From NCBI GenBank assembly GCA_963796965.1, contig CAWCNS010000020.1, positions 1 to 64,000 of the forward strand: a DNA stretch of 64,000 bases. Reading direction: 5' to 3'. Both the position numbers and the translations under genes were made by a program. The notes below the pieces were generated by a model. That model was given only the letters and a program-made list of their open reading frames with translations, did no database searches and had not been told where the DNA came from. Source of the DNA: Calditrichia bacterium. Its GTDB lineage: Bacteria > Calditrichota > Calditrichia > JAJRVZ01. Of this stretch, positions 1 to 9,985 are shown piece after piece (the stretch's first letter is position 1; each line of letters starts with the position of its first letter).

Positions 1-10
1 TAGTTGAAGC

Positions 11-283
11 AAATTCTAAATCCGAAGCACGAAATCCTAAACAAATTATAATCTTTTAAATTCCAAAACTGTTAAGATATTTGGGATTTAGAGATTATTT
101 AGGATTTAGAAATTAGTGCTTAGAATTTTTACTGCGGGTTGTTACTGGTTTTGTCACTGGCTCGAAAGGCGAAAGGCCAAGAGGCAAAAAGGCCAAAGGT
201 TTTCAATAAAGAAATCCTTCGGCCTTTCAAACATAATCTCTATTTTACATTCTAACTTCTAACTCCTAACTCCTAACTTCTAC
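11..283. repeat. Cluster of short-period (7-8 nt) imperfect tandem/inverted intergenic repeats
   Basis: aaattctaaatccgaagcacgaaatcctaaacaaat (11-46) is roughly mirrored by atttaggatttagaaattagtgcttagaattt (97-128); aaaggc(c/g)a units at 165-200; t(c/t)ctaac units at 250-283. Confidence 0.6.
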
Positions 284-296
284 CTGCAAACCGCTT

Positions 297-383
297 CTAC
301 CTCAGCAAAATCATCATCTATGAATCTCTAAATGTGCCTACCAAAATCTGGTACTGATAACCACCAACAGGGCAGTGGAACAT
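297..383 (-). pseudogene. Degenerate C-terminal remnant of a T9SS CTD protein
   Basis: Minus strand reads MFHCPVGGYQYQILVGTFRDS*MMILLR*, resembling the 'xxGxYxYxLxxGxFxxxKKMILLK' tail of other CTD proteins in this window; internal stop. Confidence 0.35.
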
Positions 384-669
384 GAAAAATTACTCATAGA
401 TAACCACACCGGTATCCGGCAGATCTCGCCACATACTTTTGCGTCTCCCGCGCCTGGGTAACTATGGTTATTTGGGAGGTGGGGTGAATTTTTTGAATAA
501 TAAAATTTGAAGTGATTACACTTGGTGTATATAAATTCGGAAATATCAGAGGTATTTTAGTAATTCAGCCTCACTCCAACAACATCCTCTTTTTCGTTGT
601 TTTTATGTAAAGTGTTTTATATCTTTATCTTATAGTGCCTCCCTCCTGTATAATATAGATCATAAAAAT

Positions 670-1259
670 ATGAGAATATTATTTATAAAATTTATCCTCA
701 GCGTAATTATTTGTTCGGCGTCATTGGCCCAGAATAATCAACTAAAATTTGAGCAATTTTCAACTGAGCAAGGATTATCACAGTCCACTGTGAATTGTAT
801 CTATCGAGATCACAAAGGCTTTCTCTGGGTAGGAACCGTTGGAGGATTACATCGCTTCGATGGCTATAGCTTTAAAATCTTCAGACCTGTTCCCGGTGAT
901 ACCAATGGTTTTAAAACAGGAAGTATCGGATTTATTAATCCAGACAAAAATAGCCCCGAACGATTTCTTTGGATTGGCACTGAAGATGGATTATTGTATC
1001 AGATAGATTTTGAAACAGAACAAATTAAGCATATTTCTCTAAAGCATAACGATAAATTATTGAGGATAAATACGCTTTGCCATGATAAAAAAGATGGAAT
1101 ATGGTTGGGTACCGTTAGCCAGGGTGTAATTAAAATTGATGCCAATCTGGAAATAGTCAAACAATACGCGAATAAATCTAAGAGTGCGCCAAATCTTAGA
1201 GGAGATTTCATTAGTGATATTCTATGTAGCGAAAATGGCCTATTATGGATTGGCTGTAA
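670..1259 (+). pseudogene. Two-component regulator propeller (hybrid sensor kinase) N-terminus truncated by IS3
   Basis: Signal peptide, then FEQFSTEQGLSQSTVNCIYRDHKGFLWVGTVGGLHRFDGY Reg_prop repeats; the frame runs into the IS terminal repeat at 1260 and does not resume after the IS. Confidence 0.8.
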
Positions 1260-1315
1260 TGTAAATCGTCAAAAACTCTCGGACTAAAATCGCTTTAAAT
1301 TAAGAGACACTTTCG

Positions 1316-2314
1316 TCAGTTACAAACCATTTCCATTTCATAGTTATTTAAGTTTTTCATTCGTCTCCTCTTCAACGTTTCTTGCTTTATTCTTTCCCTT
1401 TCATTCAGAATTTCATTTCTCCGGCCAGCATATACATCTGCCGGTGTTACATTGTCTATAGATTCATGATATCTTTCATGATTATAATAATTAACGAATT
1501 TCTCTAGCCTTTCCTCAAGTTCCCAAGGATAATAATGATTTTCAAGATTTATTACATTTTTCATCGACCTATGAAATCTTTCGATTTTCCCCTGAGTCAT
1601 AGGATGATATGGCCGTCCACGAATATGATGTATTTCCTGATCCTTAAGATATTCCTGTAATTGACCTGACACATAACATGGTCCATTATCAGAAAGTAAT
1701 CTGGGACGATGCTTGACCTTTATTTTCGTCACTCCCGTTTTTGCTATGGCCAGATCCAATAATTCCTGGACATCAGAGGTGGACATAGTGCTGAATAGTT
1801 TCCAGGCAATGATGTATCGTGAGTAGTCATCCAGTATGCTTGAGAAATAATACCATCCCCAACCTGTAATCTTGAAATATGTAAAATCAGTCTGCCAGAG
1901 TTCATTTATCCGCCTGGTGGGATGTTTGAACTTATCACTTGCCGATAATACAATATATGCCGGGCTGGTAATCAGATCAAATGCCTTTAGAATGCGATAA
2001 ACACTGGATTCTGAAATGAAATACCCCTCTTTATCAATGATATCAAAAGTTAATTCCCGTGGCGTTTTTTCTGGTGACTCCAGGGCCAACTTTACTACTT
2101 TCTCACGCTCTTTATCAGGAATACGGTTCCAGAATCGATTAGGACCACAAGTTCTGTCCTGCAACCCATCGAAGCCGCCCGATTCATATCTGCGGTACCA
2201 ACCATAAAATGTACTCTTTGGCACATCGAGTTCTTTCAGCGTATTTTTTACCGGAAGGTTTGATTCTTCAACCATACGGATGATTTCCATTTTCTCTGAT
2301 TGGCTGTATCTCAT
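1316..2314 (-). CDS. IS3-family transposase OrfB (rve/DDE integrase core)
   Basis: WQTDFTY...ILDDYSRYII...SDNGPCY...PYHPMTQGKIERFHRSMK motifs. Confidence 0.95.
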   Translation of the reverse strand: MRYSQSEKMEIIRMVEESNLPVKNTLKELDVPKSTFYGWYRRYESGGFDGLQDRTCGPNRFWNRIPDKEREKVVKLALESPEKTPRELTFDIIDKEGYFISESSVYRILKAFDLITSPAYIVLSASDKFKHPTRRINELWQTDFTYFKITGWGWYYFSSILDDYSRYIIAWKLFSTMSTSDVQELLDLAIAKTGVTKIKVKHRPRLLSDNGPCYVSGQLQEYLKDQEIHHIRGRPYHPMTQGKIERFHRSMKNVINLENHYYPWELEERLEKFVNYYNHERYHESIDNVTPADVYAGRRNEILNERERIKQETLKRRRMKNLNNYEMEMVCN

Positions 2315-2676
2315 AAATCGTCCATATGGTCTTCCGAACCGGTCAGACTTTTTTTTAACACTCTGTTCTTCAAAAACAAATCTGCGACCACATTTTTTAA
2401 CTGGTTGTTTTCTTCACGTAATGATTTAACCTGGTCACTGTTAGCTTCACGGACGGTATCTCCTTCAAGTCGTTTTTTGCCGGCCTCTAAAAAATCCTTG
2501 CTCCAGCGATAATACATATTAGGATTTATGCCCTCTCGGCGAAAAAGTTCTGCAATGGATGTTTCACCACGCAAAGCTTCTAATACGATGCGGATCTTAT
2601 CTTCGGAAGAATACTTGCGGCGGGTTTGTCTTTTGATGTCTCGCACTATCTTTTCGGACTTCGATCTACCAGTCAT
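2311..2676 (-). CDS. IS3-family transposase OrfA (HTH)
   Basis: RRKYSSEDKIRIVLEALRGETSIAEL HTH; ATGA overlap with orfB. Confidence 0.9.
   Translation of the reverse strand: MTGRSKSEKIVRDIKRQTRRKYSSEDKIRIVLEALRGETSIAELFRREGINPNMYYRWSKDFLEAGKKRLEGDTVREANSDQVKSLREENNQLKNVVADLFLKNRVLKKSLTGSEDHMDDL
2348..2356 (-). other. Putative -1 programmed frameshift site (A8G) for OrfAB fusion
   Basis: Minus strand TTAAAAAAAAGTCT near the orfA end; the -1 frame is open into orfB. Confidence 0.7.
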
Positions 2677-2802
2677 TTTTAATTCCTTTCCTTAAGGTTA
2701 ATTTAAAGGAAAGTATCTCTTAGAAAAATCGAAATTTTAGTCCGAGAGTTTTTGACGATTTACATTTTGTTTTTTAACGATTGAGATCCTATTTGTTTCA
2801 GA

Positions 2803-3534
2803 TTATAATTGAGATACTTTTATATTATCCCACCATAATTTGGTTTTCCAGGTACGGAAGCCAATCAATCCTTTATTATGAACGTCATTGTATTTATCAT
2901 CAATACAATCTAAAAAGGTTTTACCATCCACGGAATAGGTTAATTTATTTCCGATTTTTGTAACTGCTATTCTGTAAATTTTGTTTTGTCGGCATTCGTA
3001 GTCAAAATTTTCCTGCAATACATGGAAACCGCGATCATCACGAAGCCTGAATCTGGCTGTATCAGGGTTTCCATTTGCCAAATATGTAAACACATATCCA
3101 TCCAATTTATGATATTTTTTGTAATTAGCGTTTTTTCGATCCCCTGTCGTTTCCAATAATGATTTTTCGCTCGAATCTGAGAACAGAAAGAAAAAATTAA
3201 TATTGTTTTTATCACCGGGTGATGATAAAACGCAGGCATCAAATTCAACTTTTAAATCACCTGAAAATTCTTTGTTCAGCCATATTGTACACATGCCAAT
3301 GTCTCCCTGAACTTGCTGGATGGCATCAACAATCAGACGCCCGTTTTCTACTTTAACTTTTTGAGACCCTTCAATGAACATATCCCCCGGCAGTTTGGAC
3401 CGATTAAATTCTTCAGAATGTAGAATCCGTGAACTGTCATTGCTGCATGAGGTGAAAATTGAAAAGAGAATGCTTGCCAAAGAAACGTATAAAATCACCG
3501 ATTGCTTATTTTTCTCACTGTCGATTGTTAACAT
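2803..3534 (-). CDS. DUF1961/YesU-like concanavalin-fold lipoprotein
   Basis: Lipobox-like IFTSC; TIWLNKEFSGDLKVEFD, NNINFFF, GLIGFRTW motifs. Confidence 0.6.
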   Translation of the reverse strand: MLTIDSEKNKQSVILYVSLASILFSIFTSCSNDSSRILHSEEFNRSKLPGDMFIEGSQKVKVENGRLIVDAIQQVQGDIGMCTIWLNKEFSGDLKVEFDACVLSSPGDKNNINFFFLFSDSSEKSLLETTGDRKNANYKKYHKLDGYVFTYLANGNPDTARFRLRDDRGFHVLQENFDYECRQNKIYRIAVTKIGNKLTYSVDGKTFLDCIDDKYNDVHNKGLIGFRTWKTKLWWDNIKVSQL

Positions 3535-3543
3535 AGATACTCT

Positions 3544-3757
3544 CTAAAAATCAATGATTATCATTCTATCTTGGTTGATCTGATTTTTGGAATTCAAATC
3601 CCGGAATTCCTTTGCAAGTCTCGGAAAGCCAATTTCCACTCCATCTAACATCTGCTGATATAGTTCCGGTTTCTCTTTCTTTACCCATTCAATAACATCT
3701 ACAGACTCCGGATTGACCGGGTGATATTTGTTACTCACCGGTTTTATCATCTCAATC
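3544..3757 (-). pseudogene. C-terminal gene fragment cut by IS481 (possibly a sulfatase tail)
   Basis: Open frame abuts the IS481 IR at 3758; HPVNPESVDVIEWVKKEKPELYQQMLDGVEIGF recalls a sulfatase C-terminus (not verified). Confidence 0.4.
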
Positions 3758-4838
3758 TGTAATACTTCAGACCCTGCCGGACAAAAATGCCTTTAACTTA
3801 AGATAGACCTAAGCCTCTCATGAGGTGTTTTACCTTCAAATGATCCATGTGGTCTGTGAAAGTTATAAAACTGTTCCCAGGTTTCCAATTTCTTATTCAA
3901 ATCTACATCATCAACATAGGTCAACAACTGATAAAATTCCTCCTGATCTATTCGATGAGACCGTTCAACTTTTCCATTAAGTTGTGGTGAATGTGGCTTA
4001 ATATAAATATGTCTATTCCCTTATCTTCCACATGCCAATGAAATTTTGCCTGAAACTCATGCCCCCGATCCGTTCTGATTGTATGTATCCGGAAGGGAAA
4101 TTTATTTTCCACATAATCAATAAATTCAATGGCAGTTTGTTGATTATGCTTTGAATATATTTTTAAAGCACGTATTCTGGTAGCATCATCAATAGTAGTG
4201 TATTGAAAAAGTCTTATCCGCTTTCGATCTGCATCCAAAAGCGAGATGAACTTAACATCCACCACACATGGTGTCCAGGGGTGCCCTTACTGTATCGCTT
4301 GGTGTGAAGTGTTTTTGTTGATGCTGTTTTTGGCAGACGATTAATTTTATATTTTACTAAAGTTCTGGTAACACTTGACTCGGAAATGATAATGTCATCG
4401 TATCGTTCAAGATAATATTTTATTCTCCACGAACCTCGTAGATATGTTTTTCTTAAATTGAGTTGTCTTAACCATGTGTTAACACATTTGATCTAAAAGC
4501 AACAAAGTATACTGGGGTACCCCAGTATACTTTGCGATTTTAATTGACAACTTTTTGTTTTAATTTTCTGGGATGATTTTTGGCGATTGGTTTTTTTTCT
4601 TAATAGACCGGTTTTACCTTCCTTTTCAAAAGCTATTTTCCAGTCATAAAAAGTGGACCGAGTCACATTAAATTCCTGACAGCCTGTAGTGTTGCTTCCA
4701 CATAGTCTTGCATATTCTAATACTGTAAGTTTACGCCTGTGATTAAGGATATCTTTTACTTCTTGATTCATTGCCGGACCTCCATTTATGTCTCTTAGAA
4801 TTTACATATTATTGTCCGGCAGGGTCTGAAGTATTACA
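3758..4838 (-). mobile_element. Decayed IS481-family element (1081 bp)
   Basis: 27-bp perfect IRs tgtaatacttcagaccctgccggacaa (3758-3784 / 4812-4838), TGT...ACA ends; transposase fragments 4493-4771 (HTH) and 3948-4265 (VDVKF, IDDATRIR, TDRGHEF) in different frames. Confidence 0.9.
4503..4534. repeat. Perfect 32-bp loopless palindrome inside an insertion in the IS481 transposase
   Basis: caaagtatactggggtaccccagtatactttg is its own reverse complement; second palindrome atgtgttaacacat at 4474-4487. Confidence 0.95.
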
Positions 4839-5532
4839 GTACTATGTAATAAGCGAAAAAATTAAATCTATGATTGAAGATGGTACATTAAAGCCAGATA
4901 TGAAAGTCTCATCAGAAAATGAAATCATTGCCAAGTATCAGGTGAGTAATACAACAGCCAGAAAGGTTTTGTTAGAGTTGGAAGAAGCAGGATTAGTTTC
5001 CAGAATAAAAGGAAAAGGAACCTTTGTACAAGGTGAAAAAGTTGAGCGATCAGTAACGCGAATATTTGGATTTACAAAATATATGATTGAAGCCGGACAC
5101 GGTCCTTCGACAAAACTTTTGGGAATTGAAAGTTTCAAAGGCGGAAATGACGATTGTATTAATCACCAAACATATGAAATAAATGACACTGTTATAAAAA
5201 TTATTCGGTTGAGATTTGCCGATAACATACCAATGATGCATGAAGAGCGTTTTATCTCAACGAAACTTTGTCCGAATATTGACAACAAAAATCTTGAAGA
5301 ATCTTTATATGATATTTACGAAAAAGATTATGGTCATGTGCTTACTTGAATAAGACAAATGATTCAGTCAAAAACTATTTGTAGTGAAATGAAAGAAGTT
5401 TTTCGTCTAAATGAAGACATTCCGGTTTTTTCAGTTACAGGAGTGCCTTATTGTGAGAAAGGGGAGATTTTGGAAATAGAAAAATCGACTTATCTTGGTG
5501 ATACATATAGTTTTTTTGTAGTGGCCAGATAA
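4839..5532 (+). pseudogene. GntR/HutC (UTRA) regulator, 5' end removed by IS481, in-frame TGA at 5347
   Basis: Paralogue of 31200-31922 (YYVISEKIKSMIEDG vs YYKISEEIKSLIKDG); frame continues past the TGA to ...YSFFVVAR*. Confidence 0.85.
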
Positions 5533-5820
5533 AACTTTTAAAATATAATTATGATAATAATTAAATTGCTAAAACTCCAAGTTCGAGATAATCAATTCAA
5601 ATCGTCTTGTTATTTATGTCGTTCTAATCTTTGTACCTGGACACCCACTTCATGTAATATGGATCTCAAAAAAAATTAAAGGGCGAGTATTTATCCCAGC
5701 AAATATGTAAAGCTAAATAGAATATTTATGTCCTCCCTTGAATCCCCAAAAGATTTCTATTCTGGTACCCAGAGAATTTTCAATTAAAATCTAAAATCCA
5801 ATAGATAAGTTTCCAGCATA

Positions 5821-5859
5821 TTGACATTTAATAAAAATAACTATACTTTTAACGCTAAC
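5821..5859 (+). promoter_or_regulatory. Sigma70-type promoter with an operator-like ttaacgctaac
   Basis: TTGACA at 5821, TATACT/TACTTT at 5842-5849, followed by a variant of the TAACGCACTAAC motif; upstream of the E2 gene. Confidence 0.5.
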
Positions 5860-5958
5860 GCGGTAAGAATAGTGGAGTCTACGAACCTTCCACTAATTCT
5901 GTTTCCAAGAATCATATAATCTAAAACTCTTTATATAAATTTAATAATAAGGAAAATA

Positions 5959-6925
5959 ATGGCCAAACCGATTAACATGCCGCAAGTCGGACAGGATCTC
6001 GAAACAGCTATCATAACCGAGTGGTGTGTTGCCGAAAATGAGAGTATAAAAAAAGGTGATATTTTAGCAGTTGTAGAATCTGATAAAGCCTCATTTGAGG
6101 TGGAGACATTTGAACCAGGTACTGTGATAAAACTTTTGTATAATGTAGGTGATGTGGCAAAAGTACCGGAGCCGATCGCTTATATCGGTGAACCTGGTGA
6201 AGTGCTCGATGAACCTGGCGAAAGCTCATCTGCAATGGTGGAAAGTTCGCTTGAAACAGATGACGTTGTAAAGGAAGAAACAGTAGAGCTTGTACAATCT
6301 AACAAAAAAGTAATTTCTTCTCCGGTTGCCCGTAGGATGGCAAAGGAGAATGGGATTTACCTGACGAGCGTTAAGGGTACGGGCCCCAATGAGCGTATCG
6401 GACGCGAAGACGTTCAAAGGGCCATTGATGAAAAAGGATCTCAAATCAATAATCTCGCTGAAAAATCGGCTTCAGAGAGTCATCCAGTTGGATAAGATCA
6501 AGTTATTTATTATACAAAGATGCGTCAGGCAATTGCAGCGGACTTGTGGAAAGCAAGCAAAATATTACACACTTCTATTTGTTTCTGGATGTAGATGTAA
6601 CCAGCATGCTAGATTGGCGCCTAAAGAAAAATAATGACTTGGTAAAAGAGAATAAAATTTCAATCAATGATATTTTAATTTCTGGTGTATGAAAAGTATT
6701 AAGAAAATATCCTCAGATAAATGCACATGTTGAATCAACACAGTTAACAATTAAAAGAGAAATTAATATTGGTATTGCTGTTTCTGTTGAGGACGGCATT
6801 ATTGTTACTGTAATAGAAAAAGCAGATGAAAAAATATTAGCGAAATTGGCATAAGAAGCAAAGAAATTGCTCAGGGTGCAAAAAAAGGAATTCTCAAATT
6901 GCAAACGAATGGGACTTTTACCTGA
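5959..6925 (+). pseudogene. Dihydrolipoamide acyltransferase (E2) pseudogene
   Basis: Lipoyl motif VESDKASFEV and E3-binding SPVARRMAKENGI; stop at 6495, then catalytic-domain remnants (MRQAIA, INDIL, YPQINA, INIGIAVSVEDG) with further stops and shifts; truncated before the catalytic motif. Confidence 0.85.
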
Positions 6926-7007
6926 CAAAGATTATTTAGAAATAAACTAACTTGGTTGATAATAATTATGGACAAAACCTGTAAAAAATTCTTCAAAGTA
7001 ATAAATT

Positions 7008-8193
7008 ATGAAAAAAAATGTTTAATTATAATTATTGGAATAATCTCACTTATTTTCACACAGTGCAAAGTGAACCAATTATTCGTGTCTGGCACGGACT
7101 TCATCAAAAAGTAGGTCACCTTGGAGATGCTCAAGATGATTTCAACCTAATGGGTGAAGTAAGTGGACCAGATTCTATTGTTTCATTACAGTATTTTTTA
7201 AATGACATAGCAGCGGTTAATTTATCAATTGGCAGAGGGCGTTATGGTTTTAAACGCAATGCTGGAGATGGCTTCTTTAACGCAGACATCCCAATTAAAA
7301 AACTTAATCCTGGAATAAATAAAATCATATTAAGTGCAGAGGATATAAAAGGCAATATAAGATCAATTTTAGTCTCACTTGAGAAAAACTCTTCAACAAA
7401 TTATCCTTTACCGGTTGAAATTGATTGGGGAAATGTAGTAGATCCACAAGATGTGGGACAGTATGTGGATGGCGAATGGGTAATTGAAAAAAATGGCTTA
7501 AGAACAGTACACTCAGGTTATGACCGAATATTTTTAATTGGAGATAAAAGCTGGCAGGATTACGAGGTAATGGTTCCGGTTACAATAAACCGGGTTGATA
7601 CTTCGGAGGGCAATAAAAAGTTTGACAATGGTGTGGGTATTCTAATGAGGTTCACCGGGCATGTCAGTGGTGGACATAGAAGTTTTGCAAATGCCCAACC
7701 TAAAGATGGTTACCAACCGTTTGGAAGCATTGGTTGGTTAAGATGGATAAAACATATACACGAAGAATTTTCGAGAATTCAATTCTACTCTGGTTTTTCT
7801 GACGAAACTTTGTATAATGAAAAATATTGTATAGAGGTTAATGAAACCTATGTAATGAAAATGAGGTGTGAGACATTATCAAAAATTCCCAAAGGGGAAG
7901 TTTTATGGGAAAAACAAATTTTTCCTAAAAATGGAGATATAAGATTTGAACTACCTGAGATTCCAGTTGAAGAAGAAGGTATTACACAATATAGTTTCAA
8001 AATATGGGAGCAAGATGAATTTGAGCCTGAAAAATGGAATTTCCAAATTACCCAAGTAAGTAGAAATGCAAATCGAAAGGGAGCATTTGCGCTGTTAGCT
8101 CATCATGTGGACGCTACTTTTGGTAATATCACTGTTAGTTCATTGGGTTCAAATAGAAAAATGTTCTTGCTTGAAAAAAGTAAAAAATTATAA
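7008..8193 (+). CDS. Hypothetical lipoprotein: Ig-like domain plus concanavalin-like domain
   Basis: 391-aa ORF; ATG at 7008 gives a lipoprotein signal MKK(K)CLIIIIGIISLIFTQC if two poly-A indels are corrected; IGDKSWQDYEV, DATFGNITV. Confidence 0.55.
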
Positions 8194-8388
8194 TCATAAA
8201 TTATACTATTATTTTATCAATATATTTTATAAGAGGATGAAGATGAAGCAAATCACCTCCGTTTAAAGAAGTACTACACTTTTTATATAGAAACAGTATT
8301 CAACTCTCGGTTGATCCGTTATTATGAATTATAACGGTTTATCCTTAAAATATACTCTAAGTCTATATAGTAACTGGAGCAACAGACA

Positions 8389-9439
8389 ATGAATAAAATT
8401 AAAGGTCCAGGAATTTTTCTAGCACAATTCTTACGTGACGTGACTCCTTTTAATACGCTTGAGAACATTGGGCGGTGGGTAGCAGGACTTGGCTATAAAG
8501 GTGTACAAATCCCAACCTGGGACAGTCGTGTTTTTGATCTTGAGAAAGCGTCTGAATCGAAAAACTATTGTGAGGAAATTAAGGGATCACTTAAAATCAA
8601 TAATCTTGAAATATCAGAACTAGCATCACACCTTCAGGGTCAGGTTCTTGCCATGAATAACGTATATAAGGAAGTCTTTTTTTGCTTTCTATCCCCCAGG
8701 TCTTAATGATCAACAGGTGATCGAATGGGCAACCGATCAACTTAAGAAATCAGTTTCAGCATCTGTCAATTTAGGGTTAAAAACGATTCCGGTCCTTTCA
8801 GGTGGATTTGCCTGGCATATGGTCTACCCCTGGCCGCAGCGACCTGATGGTTTGATTGAAACAGCCTTTGCCGAACTTTTCAAACGATGGAAACCTATTC
8901 TTGACTTTGCAGAAGAAAAAGGGGTTTCAATTGCCTATGAACTACACCCCGGTTCCGATTTGTTTGATGGGGCAACTTTCGAAAAATTCTTAGATATTTC
9001 AAACGGACATCCCGCTATCCGTATTAATTATGACCCCAGTCATTTTTTATTACAGCAATTAGATTACTGTAGATTTATTGAATTGTATGGAGATAGGATT
9101 TCAGCATTTCACGTTAAAGATGCGGAATTTATCCCAAATGGAAGAGTTGGCGTATATGGTGGATATGAGTCATGGAAAAAAAGGGCCGGCAGGTTCAGGT
9201 CTCTTGGCGATGGGCAGGTGGATTTTAAACGGGTGTTTACCCTGCTCACCGAAGCAGGTTTCGACGGGTGGGCTGTTTTGGAATGGGAATGCTGCATTAA
9301 AAGCCCGGAACAGGGTGCCCGAGAGGGCGCTCCCTTTATCGCCGATCACATTATTGAAGCTACGGATGAGGCTTTTGATGATTTTGCCGGAGGCCAAGCA
9401 GACAAAGAAAAAAATTTAAAAATTCTTGGGATGAATTAA
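8389..9439 (+). CDS. Sugar phosphate isomerase/epimerase (xylose-isomerase-like TIM barrel, AP_endonuc_2), single frameshift at ~8675
   Basis: KGPGIFLAQF, YELHPG, NYDPSH, FHVKDAE, VLEWE metal-site motifs; ORFs 8389-8706 and 8717-9439 join after removing one base at gaAGTCTtttttt. Confidence 0.85.
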
Positions 9440-9487
9440 GAAATAATTGTTAATAAAAAATATGTGAGGCTAAACAGGGAGTGAGAT

Positions 9488-9687
9488 ATGCAAAAAGAAA
9501 TTAATGTAGGTATTGTTGGTGCTGCATTTATGGGGAAAGCACATAGCAATGCATACATGGATGTGTCACATTATTTTAAGTTACCAGCAAATCCTGTAAT
9601 AAGGCAGTATGTGACCTGAATTCTGATTTTCTTGATGGACTAGTGAATCAATATGGTTGGCAAACAAAGGAAACTTCCTGGCAAAAA
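9488..9687 (+). pseudogene. Gfo/Idh/MocA oxidoreductase N-terminus truncated by the IS200-derived element
   Basis: MQKEINVGIVGAAFMGKAHSNAYMDV...(shift)AVCDLN...YGWQTKETSWQKL Rossmann start with RBS agggag. Confidence 0.8.
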
Positions 9688-9948
9688 TTAATCGAAAGAA
9701 TTCCCCGATGCTTGCATCGGGGTCAAATAATTTTCAACTTATGGGAAGAAGTTAAGAAGATGCTCTGGGGAGGTCATTTTTGGACAAGTGGATACTATGT
9801 CAACACAGTTGGTCAATTTGCAAGTGAAGAAGTGATAAGAAATTATGTTGAAAAACAGGGGATGAAATATCAGCAACTATTTAGCCAACAGCAATCACTG
9901 TTCGATCGGCCTGAAGATACCTCGTAGCTTGCTGCGAGGCAATTCATT
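9688..9948 (+). mobile_element. tnpA: 261-bp non-autonomous IS200/IS605-derived element, copy 1
   Basis: Left hairpin ccccgatgc-tt-gcatcgggg, 3' part of Y1 tnpA (LWGGHFWTSGYYVNTVG...IRNYVEKQ), right hairpin cctcgtagc-tt-gctgcgagg then caattcatt; identical to 34239-34499. Confidence 0.9.
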
Positions 9949-9985
9949 GTATCAACACTTTAAGCAGTTTAAACAATCTTATTCT

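Larger units (their letters stand above)
1260..2764 (-). mobile_element. IS3-family insertion sequence (1505 bp)
   Basis: Perfect 31-bp terminal IRs tgtaaatcgtcaaaaactctcggactaaaat (1260-1290 / 2734-2764), TG...CA ends, orfA plus orfB; no target duplication seen. Confidence 0.95.

Noticed and set aside
11..283. CRISPR array
   Set aside because: Units are 7-8 nt with no unique spacers, and there are no cas genes.
4771..4838. N-terminus of the 192-aa ORF as the real GntR start
   Set aside because: It is read through the IS481 terminal repeat and is not homologous to the intact paralogue.
5347..5349. In-frame TGA in gntR as selenocysteine or recoding
   Set aside because: It aligns to Glu in the paralogue, the gene is already 5'-truncated, and TGA serves as a normal stop elsewhere in the window.
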